Notes under the pieces: model-generated
The model's database searches: none
What the model was told of the DNA's origin: nothing
The model's input: only the letters and a program-made list of their open reading frames with translations
Assembly (NCBI GenBank): GCA_964596535.1
Contig: CAZQUR010000002.1
Location: forward strand, 14,949 to 78,948
Source of the DNA: an uncultured Desulfobacteraceae bacterium
Lineage (GTDB): Bacteria > Desulfobacterota > Desulfobacteria > Desulfobacterales > UBA2156
Length of the DNA: 64,000 nt
Direction: 5' to 3'
Shown: piece after piece, positions 19,622-28,587 of the stretch
Layout: each line of letters begins with the position of its first letter
How positions within the stretch are numbered: the first letter of the stretch is position 1
Translations under genes and position numbers: made by a program

Positions 19622-20470
19622 ATGGAGATGGAAATCAGACAGGCCCTGCCCGCATTTCTTGAGGCGTTGGGGTTGGACGAAATGCCCCTGGGGATCCTTT
19701 TTTCCGATGAAAAACCGGCGGAAAGCCTTTCCCCCAAACCCCTGGATTTGCCTACCCGGGAAAAGGAGATGCAAAACGCCATCGACTGGCAGGCGGTTTT
19801 CGGCGGGTTTTCCTGTGTCATGGGGGTGCTTTGGCGGGCCCGGAAAAAGCGGGTTCCGGCCGCCTTTTCCGCCGAACAGTTCGGCTGCCCGGGCGGGGCC
19901 TTCTGGATGGGCTTTTTGAAACCCCAGACGGAGACCATCATCCATTATGTCAGCACCGGCGTGCCCGGGCGGATGGAAGGGGAGCATTACTGCGACTCTC
20001 CCGAGGCGCTGAGGAGGATTTTCGATGATGTGGATCCCCGACCGGCCCCGAAACCGTATTGTGTCATACAGCCGCTGTCTTTTTTTTCAGATACTGACAC
20101 TCCGGAACTGGTGAGTTTTTTCGCCCGTCCCGAAACCCTTTGCGGGCTTCATCAACTGGCGGCATTCGTCACCAACGATCCGGAGGCGGTTTGTTCACCC
20201 TGGAGTGCGGCCTGCGGGAGCCTGGTGGCCTGGCCCCTGCACTACCTGGAAAAAGGCCGAAACAAGGCCGTGGTGGGGGGCTGGGATCCGTCGGCCCGCA
20301 AGTTTTTCAAGACCGACGAATTGTCTTTCACGGTACCGTTTCCCATGTTTTTGGAGATGATCCGCCGGTGGACATCCTCTTTTTTGACGCAAAAGACCTG
20401 GCGGACGGTGAAAAAAAAGATCGAACGCTCCAGGCGGGCCTGGGGGGAAACCCCCGAAAGCGGTACTTGA
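19622..20470 (+). CDS. hypothetical protein, possibly DUF169 family
   Basis: AAGGAGG RBS. Cys-containing segments FGCPGGAFWMGF and AACGSLVAWP..VVGGWDPSARKF resemble my recollection of DUF169. Not verified. Confidence 0.4.
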   Translation: MEMEIRQALPAFLEALGLDEMPLGILFSDEKPAESLSPKPLDLPTREKEMQNAIDWQAVFGGFSCVMGVLWRARKKRVPAAFSAEQFGCPGGAFWMGFLKPQTETIIHYVSTGVPGRMEGEHYCDSPEALRRIFDDVDPRPAPKPYCVIQPLSFFSDTDTPELVSFFARPETLCGLHQLAAFVTNDPEAVCSPWSAACGSLVAWPLHYLEKGRNKAVVGGWDPSARKFFKTDELSFTVPFPMFLEMIRRWTSSFLTQKTWRTVKKKIERSRRAWGETPESGT

Positions 20471-20481
20471 TTGTAAAGGGA

Positions 20482-21960
20482 TTACCGGATGTGGAGTTCG
20501 TAGATTTTCCGGAAATGATGGCCGTAGATGGAAAGGGTGATGGCCAGCGGAAAAAGGCGGGGGCGCCGGATCAGGGTCCAGAAAACGAGATACCAGTATT
20601 GAAACCGCTCTCTGCCCCATATCCCGAGCCGCACCGCCGACCGAAAAAAAGCGCAAAATCTCTGGAAGTCCAGAGGGGCACGGACCTCCGGCGCCTCAAA
20701 ATCCCGTAAAAAGGTCCGGATGCGCCGGTAAAAATTCCGGGGGGAATAAATATGGCGCATGATGGAGCGGTATCCCTGTAAAAGCGTATCCAATCCCATC
20801 TTGGGGATGATGTTGGTGCTCCCGTCCACGTTGTCTCCTGAAAAGCTTCCCACCAGGCGGTTTTCCCGGTTGAGCCGATCAAATAGGCGGGTCCCCGGGG
20901 GGGCCTGGAGGAGTCCCACCATGGCCGTGACGATCCCGCTTTTCTGGATGAATTCGATCTGTCGCTGGAATGTGGACTGGGTGTCGCTGTCAAAGCCCAC
21001 GATAAATCCGCCCTGGACCTGAAGACCGGATCGGTGGATGGTCCGGACACTTTCCAGAAGATCCCGGTTTTTATTCTGACTTTTCAAGCATTCCGTCAAG
21101 GATGCTTCGTCCGGGGATTCGATCCCGATAAAGACGGAGTCGAAACCGGCTTTCACCATCAGGCGCATCAGCTCCGGGTCGTCGGCCAGGTTGATGGATG
21201 CTTCCGTAAAAAAAACACACCCTTTTTTCCCTTTCCGCCACTCGATCAGCGCCGGCAACAGTTCGGTTTTCAGGTATCTTTTGTTGCCGATGAAATTGTC
21301 GTCCACAAAAAAGATATTGTGACGCCATCCGGTCTCATAAATGGCATCCAGCTCCGTGACCACCTGCTGTGCGGATTTCATCCGGGGTCGGTGGCCGAAC
21401 AAGACGGTGACGTTGCAAAAATCACAGTTGAAGGGGCATCCTCTGGAAAATTGGAGGCTCATGGAGGCGTACTTGTCCATCCGGATCAAATGCCACAAGG
21501 GGATGGGGGTCTGACGCAAATCGCAGTGGCCGTGGGCCCGATAGATTTTTTTCGGACGGCCCGCACGTAAATCCTCGAGGAAGGCCGGCAGGGTGATCTC
21601 GGCTTCGTCAAGGACCATGTGGTCCACATCGTCAAAGACTTCGGGTTCGCAGGTGAACAGCGGTCCGCCGGCAACGATCTTCAATTTTTTTTCTTTGCAC
21701 CGGGCGATGACCTGTTGGGCGGATCGACGCTGGATGACCATCCCTCCCATAAAAACGGTGTCCGCCCAGTCCAGATCCTCTTCGGCGAGTTTTTCCACAT
21801 TGAGATCCACCACGCGCTTGGGCCATTCTTCCGGCAACAGGGCCGCGACGGTCAACAATCCCAACGGCGGATAGGCGGATTTTTTCCGGATAAAGGGCAA
21901 CGCAAAGGTGAAACTCCAGAAGGTGTTCGGAACCGCGGGATTGACGAGCAGGACATTCAT
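20482..21960 (-). CDS. B12-binding domain-containing radical SAM protein with DUF4070-like C-terminus
   Basis: MNVLLVNP...YPPLGLLTVAALLP (B12-binding-like domain), FSRGCPFNCDFCNV (CxxxCxxC), C-terminal IYSPRNFYRRIRTFL...IYGHHFRKIY. The track start at 22080 is an extension. Confidence 0.8.
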   Translation of the reverse strand: MNVLLVNPAVPNTFWSFTFALPFIRKKSAYPPLGLLTVAALLPEEWPKRVVDLNVEKLAEEDLDWADTVFMGGMVIQRRSAQQVIARCKEKKLKIVAGGPLFTCEPEVFDDVDHMVLDEAEITLPAFLEDLRAGRPKKIYRAHGHCDLRQTPIPLWHLIRMDKYASMSLQFSRGCPFNCDFCNVTVLFGHRPRMKSAQQVVTELDAIYETGWRHNIFFVDDNFIGNKRYLKTELLPALIEWRKGKKGCVFFTEASINLADDPELMRLMVKAGFDSVFIGIESPDEASLTECLKSQNKNRDLLESVRTIHRSGLQVQGGFIVGFDSDTQSTFQRQIEFIQKSGIVTAMVGLLQAPPGTRLFDRLNRENRLVGSFSGDNVDGSTNIIPKMGLDTLLQGYRSIMRHIYSPRNFYRRIRTFLRDFEAPEVRAPLDFQRFCAFFRSAVRLGIWGRERFQYWYLVFWTLIRRPRLFPLAITLSIYGHHFRKIYELHIR

Positions 21961-22107
21961 GAAAACGTGTACCTTTAAAAAGGATTCGAAAATGCGTATC
22001 GTGGCCGAAACCGGTAATTTACCATATCGACCATGTTGGGTCGTGTCAAATGAAATCGGGATGTTTTCAAATAAACACATGCATCTTTGGGCAGATGGGA
22101 TTAAGTC

Positions 22108-22136
22108 TTGACAAGAGATTTCTTTTCCAATAAATA
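22108..22136 (+). promoter_or_regulatory. sigma70-type promoter candidate for sat
   Basis: TTGACA (22108-22113), 17 nt spacer, TAAATA (22131-22136), about 80 nt upstream of the sat ATG. Confidence 0.5.
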
Positions 22137-22216
22137 AATCCGCTTAAACCAATAAAATGACTTTATCTGTGCACGCAGATCAAGAGAAAAACACTATCGA
22201 AAGGAGAGGAAAAGAC

Positions 22217-23491
22217 ATGTCGACACTCATTCCACCACACGGCGGCAGGGGACTTACCGCTTGTCTGCTCGAAGGCGCGGAACTTGCAGCGGAAAAGGAA
22301 AAGGCCAAGGGGCTCAAACAGGTGCCCGTTTCCCCTCGGGTCAAGGGGGACCTGATCATGATCGGGATCGGCGGATTCAGCCCCCTGACGGGATTCATGA
22401 CCAAGGCCGACTGGAAGGGCGTTTGCGACGACTTTTTGTTGAGCGACGGCACCTTCTGGCCGGTTCCGGTCACCCTGGACGTCTCCAAGGAGGATGCCGA
22501 CGCCGTTGAAGTCGGACAGGAGATCGCCTTGTTCGATCCCGAGGGCCAGGAAATCATGGCCACCATGAAGGTCACGGAAAAGTACGCCATGACCGAAGCC
22601 GAGAAGCGGTATGAATGCGAGAAGGTCTTCATGGGGGAAGGGACGAAAACAACGGAGGACTTCTGGAAGGTCGCCGAGGAGGATCATCCCGGGGTCCAGA
22701 TGGTCATGAAACAAAAAGACTATAATCTGGCCGGCCCGGTGAAGGTCTTGAGCGAAGGGGAATACCCCACCCGGTACGCCGGTATTTACATGCGCCCCGC
22801 CGAGTCCCGGAAAATCTTTGAGGAACGGGGATGGAGTGAAATCGCCGCCTTGCAGCTGCGAAACCCCATGCACCGCAGTCATGAATACCTGTGCAAGATC
22901 GCCGTAGAGGTGTGCGACGGTGTCTTCATCCACTCCCTGGTAGGAAACCTGAAGCCCGGTGACATCCCCGCGAAGGTACGCGTCAAATGCATCGATGTGC
23001 TGGTGAAAAACTATTTCGTCGAAAAATTCGTGCTCCAGGGCGGCTATCCCCTCGACATGCGCTACGCCGGACCCCGGGAAGCCCTGCTCCATGCCACCTT
23101 CCGGCAGAATTACGGATGTTCCCGGATGATCATCGGACGGGACCATGCAGGCGTGGGGGACTTCTACGGCATGTTCGAAGCCCAGACCATCTTCGACAAG
23201 ATCCCCAAGCCCACGGAGCCGGGCAAGGCCCTGTCGTGCACCCCCCTCAAGATCGACTGGACTTTTTATTGCCACAAATGTGACGGCATGGCCTCTTTGA
23301 AGACCTGCCCCCACGGAAAAGAAGACCGCGTCCTCCTTTCCGGGACCATGCTGCGGAAACTCCTCTCCGAAGGGGGTGAGATCCCCGATCACTTCGGACG
23401 CGACGAGGTCCTCGAAGTCCTGCGCGAATATTATCAGGGATTAACCGAAAAAGTGGAGATCAAGCTCCACGGGGCCGCCACCGGCCAATAA
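22217..23491 (+). CDS. sat: sulfate adenylyltransferase (ATP sulfurylase)
   Basis: [10 protein letters not shown]..., [19 protein letters not shown] motifs. AAAGGAGAGG RBS before ATG 22217. Confidence 0.95.
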   Translation: MSTLIPPHGGRGLTACLLEGAELAAEKEKAKGLKQVPVSPRVKGDLIMIGIGGFSPLTGFMTKADWKGVCDDFLLSDGTFWPVPVTLDVSKEDADAVEVGQEIALFDPEGQEIMATMKVTEKYAMTEAEKRYECEKVFMGEGTKTTEDFWKVAEEDHPGVQMVMKQKDYNLAGPVKVLSEGEYPTRYAGIYMRPAESRKIFEERGWSEIAALQLRNPMHRSHEYLCKIAVEVCDGVFIHSLVGNLKPGDIPAKVRVKCIDVLVKNYFVEKFVLQGGYPLDMRYAGPREALLHATFRQNYGCSRMIIGRDHAGVGDFYGMFEAQTIFDKIPKPTEPGKALSCTPLKIDWTFYCHKCDGMASLKTCPHGKEDRVLLSGTMLRKLLSEGGEIPDHFGRDEVLEVLREYYQGLTEKVEIKLHGAATGQ

Positions 23492-23545
23492 AAAAAACGC
23501 CATTCCGATAAAAAAGGCTGCCGCTGAAATGCTGCGGCCAAAAAG

Positions 23546-23575
23546 AAAAAGGAGGCCGAAAGGCCTCCTTTTTTT
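23546..23575. terminator. bidirectional rho-independent terminator between sat and qmoC
   Basis: AAAAA-GGAGGCC-gaaa-GGCCTCC-TTTTTTT. The A-run and T-run flank a 7-bp GC stem. Confidence 0.8.
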
Positions 23576-23593
23576 GCGTTTTAAGGCCGGTGC

Positions 23594-24748
23594 CTATTTC
23601 CGCCCGGCATACTCGTTGTACGTCATGGCCACGGTGCGATAGACCAGGTGGGCGAGTTTTGAAAAGGGCGTGTAGGCGAACAGGCACCACACCAGCATCA
23701 AATGAATGATATACAAAAAGACCGAAACTCCGGCCAACCCTCCCAGGCGGGTCATCTGCGTTAGGAGCCCGGTGGCGCCCAGTGCCAACACCAAGCCCAC
23801 CAGGTACCAATCCCAGTAATTGGAGACCTGGTCTTTTTTCGCAAGGCGGTTCTTGATCAACAACAGGGAACCGATGACCAGGGCCACGCCGCCGGCGTTC
23901 CCGAGCCATTTCACCGGGTTGATCTGGGAGTAGGGCCCTTCGATATGAAAGACCCACTCCGCGATGAAAAAGCAGTTGGTCACGATAAAAAGACCGATGA
24001 AGCCGAAAAGGACCATCATGTGGGAAGTGGACCGGTCCCGGTTTTCGGTGCAGTCGTTGAACTTGTCATGCTTCAAAATCGCGGGGACGACGCTTACCAA
24101 AGCCTTGAAGAATCCGATGGGATCGATTTTCTCCTTGTCGGTCTTTCCTTCGGCCACGGCGTTTTGATGGATGTCGCCCAGAAACCGCTTCAGGCCGAGG
24201 GCAAAAACACCCACCGCGAAGGCCGCCGTGGGGAGCATGATGATGTCCACCAGGTAGTTGTTGATGTACTGGGCCTGCCAGACAAAGTCCTCTTCGATGC
24301 CGAAGTTGAGCCAATGAATGCCGAACAGCTTCAGGACCAGCCCCACCACCAGGAAGATGGCGGCGGGGACGGCAAATAAAACGGGGAGCATCTTCGGGTC
24401 CCGGACCGCCTTGGCCAACGCCTTGGGCGTGGCGTATTCCATGATGGTATAGGATCGGATGGCGGCCAGGGCATCCCCGGGCTTGGCCCCCCGGGGACAC
24501 AAAGTGGAACAGTCCCCGCAATTGTGGCACAACCAGATGTCGGCGTTTCCCACCAGCTTGTCCTTGAGGCCCCACGAAGCGGCGATCATCTCTTTTCGGG
24601 GAAAGGGCCTTGTGTCCGGGGAGATGGGGCAGGCCACCGAGCAGGTGGCGCACTGAAAGCATTTTTTCAGGTCCTGGCCCCCCAGTTTGCCGACCTCTTT
24701 GATGAAGTTCATGTCAGGCTCAATACGGTACGTATCTGCCATTTCCAT
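23594..24748 (-). CDS. qmoC: quinone-interacting membrane-bound oxidoreductase subunit C
   Basis: N-terminal 2x[4Fe-4S] motifs CFQCATCSVACP and CHNCGDCSTLCP fused to an HdrE/NarI-like membrane domain. Immediately downstream of qmoB. Confidence 0.9.
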   Translation of the reverse strand: MEMADTYRIEPDMNFIKEVGKLGGQDLKKCFQCATCSVACPISPDTRPFPRKEMIAASWGLKDKLVGNADIWLCHNCGDCSTLCPRGAKPGDALAAIRSYTIMEYATPKALAKAVRDPKMLPVLFAVPAAIFLVVGLVLKLFGIHWLNFGIEEDFVWQAQYINNYLVDIIMLPTAAFAVGVFALGLKRFLGDIHQNAVAEGKTDKEKIDPIGFFKALVSVVPAILKHDKFNDCTENRDRSTSHMMVLFGFIGLFIVTNCFFIAEWVFHIEGPYSQINPVKWLGNAGGVALVIGSLLLIKNRLAKKDQVSNYWDWYLVGLVLALGATGLLTQMTRLGGLAGVSVFLYIIHLMLVWCLFAYTPFSKLAHLVYRTVAMTYNEYAGRK

Positions 24749-24784
24749 ACCTCCTGTCTTGTTTCGCGAAATCCGCGCGGTTTT

Positions 24785-27121
24785 CTAGAATCCCTTGAAC
24801 GGGTTGGGCCCCATGGCTTCGATGGATTCCACAAAATCGTTGATGGTTTTGGGGAGATTGTCGTAATCATCGATGGCTACTTCGAACTGGGCGACCCGCT
24901 CGTTTTCCAATGCCAGGCTGGCCAGAGCCTCGCCGATCTTTTTCATCCGGATATCCGCCAGTTCGCTCCCCTTGATGAAATGGCATTGATAGTCGTCTCC
25001 GTACTTGCATCCCAAGAGGAAAACGCCGTCCATACCCTGGGAAAGGGCGTCCTTGATCCAGATGACATTGACGGATCCAAGGCATCGCACCGGAATGAGC
25101 CGGACGTCCGCAGAATAGGAAAGCCCGTTGATCCCGGCGATGTCCAGGGCGGGATAAGCGTCGTTTTCGCAAACGAGCCCTAAAATCCGCAGCGGCGGTT
25201 CGGTGTAATCGTCTTCCGATGGGACGCTGACGGCTTTCACCATGGAGCCGACGCTGTCGATGTTGTAGTCGGCGAACCCGATGATCCGTTCCGGGCATGC
25301 GCCCATACAGGTCCCGCACCGCCGGCACCGGGCCGGGTTGGGTTTGGGCGTTCCCTTGGCGTCGTCATCGATGGCGCCGAAGGGGCATTCTTCGGTGCAG
25401 CGCTTGCACTGGGTGCACCGCTGGAAGAAAAAGTCGGGAAACGTCATGTCTCCGGAACGGGGATGTACGGAGACGCCCCGGTTCACCGATTCGAGACATT
25501 GGATGGCTTTCAACGCCGCGCCGGTGGCGTCTTCCATGGATTCTTCCACGGTCAAGGCCCGGCGGATGGCGCCGGCGGCGTAAATGCCGGTGCGCTGGGT
25601 TTCGTAGGGAAAGCAGATATAGTTGGAATCCGCATATTCATTGAAAATGGCGTTGTCCCGGAATCCGGGGCCCTGTCGGTAGGCCAGATTCACCACGGGA
25701 TCGTCCTTGGTGGCCGGCACCATGCCGGCGGCCAATACCACCATATCGGCGGAGAGTTCCACATTTTCCCCCAAGAGGGTGTTTTCCGCGGTGACGGTCA
25801 GCCCGCCGCCGTTTTTGGACACCCGGATCACTTCTCCTTTGGTCAAAAAGATTCCCGGATCCTGCTGGATGCTTTTGTAAAAACTTTCGGAAAGGCCCGG
25901 CGTGCGCATGTGCTGGTAAAAGACAAAGGCCTTCCCGTCATCGGGATAGTCCTCCCGGACGTATTTGGCCTGCTTGAGCGCCACCAGGCTGGTGACGGAT
26001 CCGGCATAGTCAAAATCCGCATCATCCCCTTTCCCCTGACTCTGGATGAAAACCACGGACTTGGCGGCTGTACCGTCCGAAGGCCGGAGGATTTTTCCGC
26101 CTTTGGCGATTTTTTCGAACTGGGCGTTGGTGACCACGTCGGGGATCTCGCCGTAGCCGTAATGGGCCAGTTCACCGGCTTTCGGCTGGTAGGGCCGCCA
26201 TCCGGCGGCCAGGATCACGGCGCCGAACTTCTCGCCGCTGGGGTCGAGGGTGAGGATATCCAGCCGTCCTTTGTTGTATTCCATGTATTTGGCGTGGAGT
26301 TGTTCGGCATCCAGTTCCTTCCCCTTGTCATCCAAGCACATTTCCGGGGGGAGGGGATAGGGAACGTCGAATTCGATTTTTTCGCCGGGCTTTTTGAGGG
26401 TCACCGTGAAGTTCCCGGGCTCCCCGGCGATTCGGGCCACCACCGTTTCCGTCCGGACCGAAATGAGGGGATGATCCGAGATTTCCGGGATCTTCTGTTC
26501 CACGATGGGCGGCATCAGATCTTCGTAGGGATGTTCCATGGGAAGTTGTTTGCGCCAGTGGTTGGCATGCCCCCCCAGTTGCGGTTCCTTTTCCACGATG
26601 GTGACTTCATATCCGGCCGCCGCTGCATCCAGGGCCGCCGACATGCCGGTGATCCCGCCGCCGATGACCAGGATTTTTCGGAAAAAGGTTTCGAGCTTAT
26701 AGGGTTCGGGGAGGGTGATCTTCTTCACCCGGGCCATCCCCATCCGGATATAATCTTCGGCCATCATCAGGACGCGGTCGAATTTATCTTCGTCGGTTTT
26801 TTCTTCTTCCGTCAGGGCCGGAAAAACCGACCGGGGATGGGTCCACACCACGCCTTCCCGCAGGTTCACCCGGTCCACGATGCACCCGGGGAATCGGAAT
26901 GTGTCGAAATGGACCCGGCGGGAGCAGGCGGCGATGACCAGGGTGTTGATTCCCGAATCGATCTCGCTTTTGAGCAGGGCGATGCCGTCGTCGCCGCAAA
27001 GAAACGGATGGGTTTTGCAGGGAAACCCTTGTTCCTGGGGCACCTTTTCGAGGGCCTCCATGTCCAGGGAATCCCCGATGCCGCATCCGGTGCAAATATA
27101 GACGCCGTATTTTTTATCCAT
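24785..27121 (-). CDS. qmoB: quinone-interacting membrane-bound oxidoreductase subunit B (HdrA-like)
   Basis: FAD site VIGGGITGMSAAL, ferredoxin motifs CTQCKRCTEECP and CRRCGTCMGACP, C-terminal MvhD-like domain. Confidence 0.92.
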   Translation of the reverse strand: MDKKYGVYICTGCGIGDSLDMEALEKVPQEQGFPCKTHPFLCGDDGIALLKSEIDSGINTLVIAACSRRVHFDTFRFPGCIVDRVNLREGVVWTHPRSVFPALTEEEKTDEDKFDRVLMMAEDYIRMGMARVKKITLPEPYKLETFFRKILVIGGGITGMSAALDAAAAGYEVTIVEKEPQLGGHANHWRKQLPMEHPYEDLMPPIVEQKIPEISDHPLISVRTETVVARIAGEPGNFTVTLKKPGEKIEFDVPYPLPPEMCLDDKGKELDAEQLHAKYMEYNKGRLDILTLDPSGEKFGAVILAAGWRPYQPKAGELAHYGYGEIPDVVTNAQFEKIAKGGKILRPSDGTAAKSVVFIQSQGKGDDADFDYAGSVTSLVALKQAKYVREDYPDDGKAFVFYQHMRTPGLSESFYKSIQQDPGIFLTKGEVIRVSKNGGGLTVTAENTLLGENVELSADMVVLAAGMVPATKDDPVVNLAYRQGPGFRDNAIFNEYADSNYICFPYETQRTGIYAAGAIRRALTVEESMEDATGAALKAIQCLESVNRGVSVHPRSGDMTFPDFFFQRCTQCKRCTEECPFGAIDDDAKGTPKPNPARCRRCGTCMGACPERIIGFADYNIDSVGSMVKAVSVPSEDDYTEPPLRILGLVCENDAYPALDIAGINGLSYSADVRLIPVRCLGSVNVIWIKDALSQGMDGVFLLGCKYGDDYQCHFIKGSELADIRMKKIGEALASLALENERVAQFEVAIDDYDNLPKTINDFVESIEAMGPNPFKGF

Positions 27122-27134
27122 GGATGACCTCCTC

Positions 27135-28412
27135 CTACTTTCTCACCAGGGTTTGGATCGCTTTCAGCGCCATTCCCGTCGCATTCTGGTTGGACGAGAC
27201 GACGTCGGCCGGCTTGTTGGCGCATCCCGCCGCGAACATCCCCCCCCGGGCGAAATCGTTGACGATGAATCCGTCTTCGGTGAATTTCAAGTCCGCCGGG
27301 GGTTTGGCCTGGGCGGCGGTGGGCTGCATGCCGGTGGCCAGGACCACCATCTCCACGGCCTGCTTGATCTTTTCCCCCGTAACGGCGTTTTCCGCCACCA
27401 CGGTGATGTTCTGCGTTGCCGGATCTTCGCTGACCTCTGCGACCTTCCCCTTGATGAAGTGTATCTTTTCGTCTTCCTTGATTTTTTGGTAGAAGCGCTC
27501 GTACCGGTATCCGGGCGCCCGCAGGTCGATATAAAAAATGTAGATTTGGGCTTCCGGATTCCGTTCCCGGATGTACGTGGCCTGCTTGAGGGAAGCCATA
27601 CAACAGATGTAGGAACAATAGGGAAGATGATTTTCATCCCGGGATCCGGCGCACTGGACAAAGGCGATGCTCCGGGGCGCCTTGTCGTCCGAGGGGCGCA
27701 GGATTTTACCCTGGGTGGGCCCGTTTGGAGCGGCCAGGCGCTCCATCATCATGTTGGTGATGATGTTGGGGTACCGGCCGAAGCCGAGGTTGTCGATCTT
27801 CCCCGCGTCATAGGGTTCCCAGCCCGTTGCCCAGATGATGGCGCCCACGTTCACCGTGACGGTTTTGGCCTTCATTTCCAGATCCACGGCGTCGTATTTG
27901 CAGGCGTCTTTGCACCGCGTGGCGTCTTCGGTCCCGATGATCTGGGGAGAGATCACGTACCGGGCGGGAAACGCCATCTCGAAAGGAAGATACGCCCCCT
28001 TGTGCCGGTCGATGCCGAAGTTGAAATCGTTGACGATTTCCGTTTCACAGGCCGCGGTGCACTCCCCGCAGCAGGTGCAGTTTTCATTGACGTAGCGGGG
28101 GTTCAACCGCACCGTGACGTCGTAGTTTCCGGGGACACCATCCACCTTTTCGACTTCCGCAAGGGTGAAGGTCTTGATGTTGGGGTTGTCCTTGATTCTC
28201 CTGAAATTGATCTCCAGGCCGCAGGTAGGGGGGCACAGCTTGGGAAAATACTGATTCAGCTGCGCGACTCTCCCCCCCAGATAGGGATTCTTTTCCACGA
28301 GAAAAACCTCGTACCCCACCTCGGCGGCTTCCAGGGTGGTGGTGAGACCGCTGATGCCGCCTCCCACGACCAAAATGCTTCCGCTGCCAGGGGCTTTTTG
28401 ATTGTCTGTCAT
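27135..28412 (-). CDS. qmoA: quinone-interacting membrane-bound oxidoreductase subunit A (HdrA-like)
   Basis: ILVVGGGISGLTTTLEAAEVGYEV FAD fold. ATG 28412 has GGAGGG 5 nt upstream. The track start at 28478 is an extension. Confidence 0.9.
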   Translation of the reverse strand: MTDNQKAPGSGSILVVGGGISGLTTTLEAAEVGYEVFLVEKNPYLGGRVAQLNQYFPKLCPPTCGLEINFRRIKDNPNIKTFTLAEVEKVDGVPGNYDVTVRLNPRYVNENCTCCGECTAACETEIVNDFNFGIDRHKGAYLPFEMAFPARYVISPQIIGTEDATRCKDACKYDAVDLEMKAKTVTVNVGAIIWATGWEPYDAGKIDNLGFGRYPNIITNMMMERLAAPNGPTQGKILRPSDDKAPRSIAFVQCAGSRDENHLPYCSYICCMASLKQATYIRERNPEAQIYIFYIDLRAPGYRYERFYQKIKEDEKIHFIKGKVAEVSEDPATQNITVVAENAVTGEKIKQAVEMVVLATGMQPTAAQAKPPADLKFTEDGFIVNDFARGGMFAAGCANKPADVVSSNQNATGMALKAIQTLVRK

Positions 28413-28518
28413 GCCATCCCTCCGTACTGTAAGGTATTGGGTTATGGGTGATAGGCGACGGGCGATCCAATGGTACAATCGATCACCCCTCGTATATCAC
28501 CCATAACCGGGGATCGTA

Positions 28519-28554
28519 ACAAAAACCTCCAGGTGTCTGGTGACACCTGGAGGT
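28519..28554 (-). terminator. intrinsic-terminator-like hairpin between aprA and qmoA (candidate partial terminator/attenuator)
   Basis: Minus-strand RNA: ACCUCCAGGUGUC-acca-GACACCUGGAGGU (13-bp perfect stem) followed by UUUUUGUU. Lies 34 nt after the aprA stop. Confidence 0.6.
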
Positions 28555-28587
28555 CTGTTGCTCGACTATGTCACAGTCGTTCCTCGA

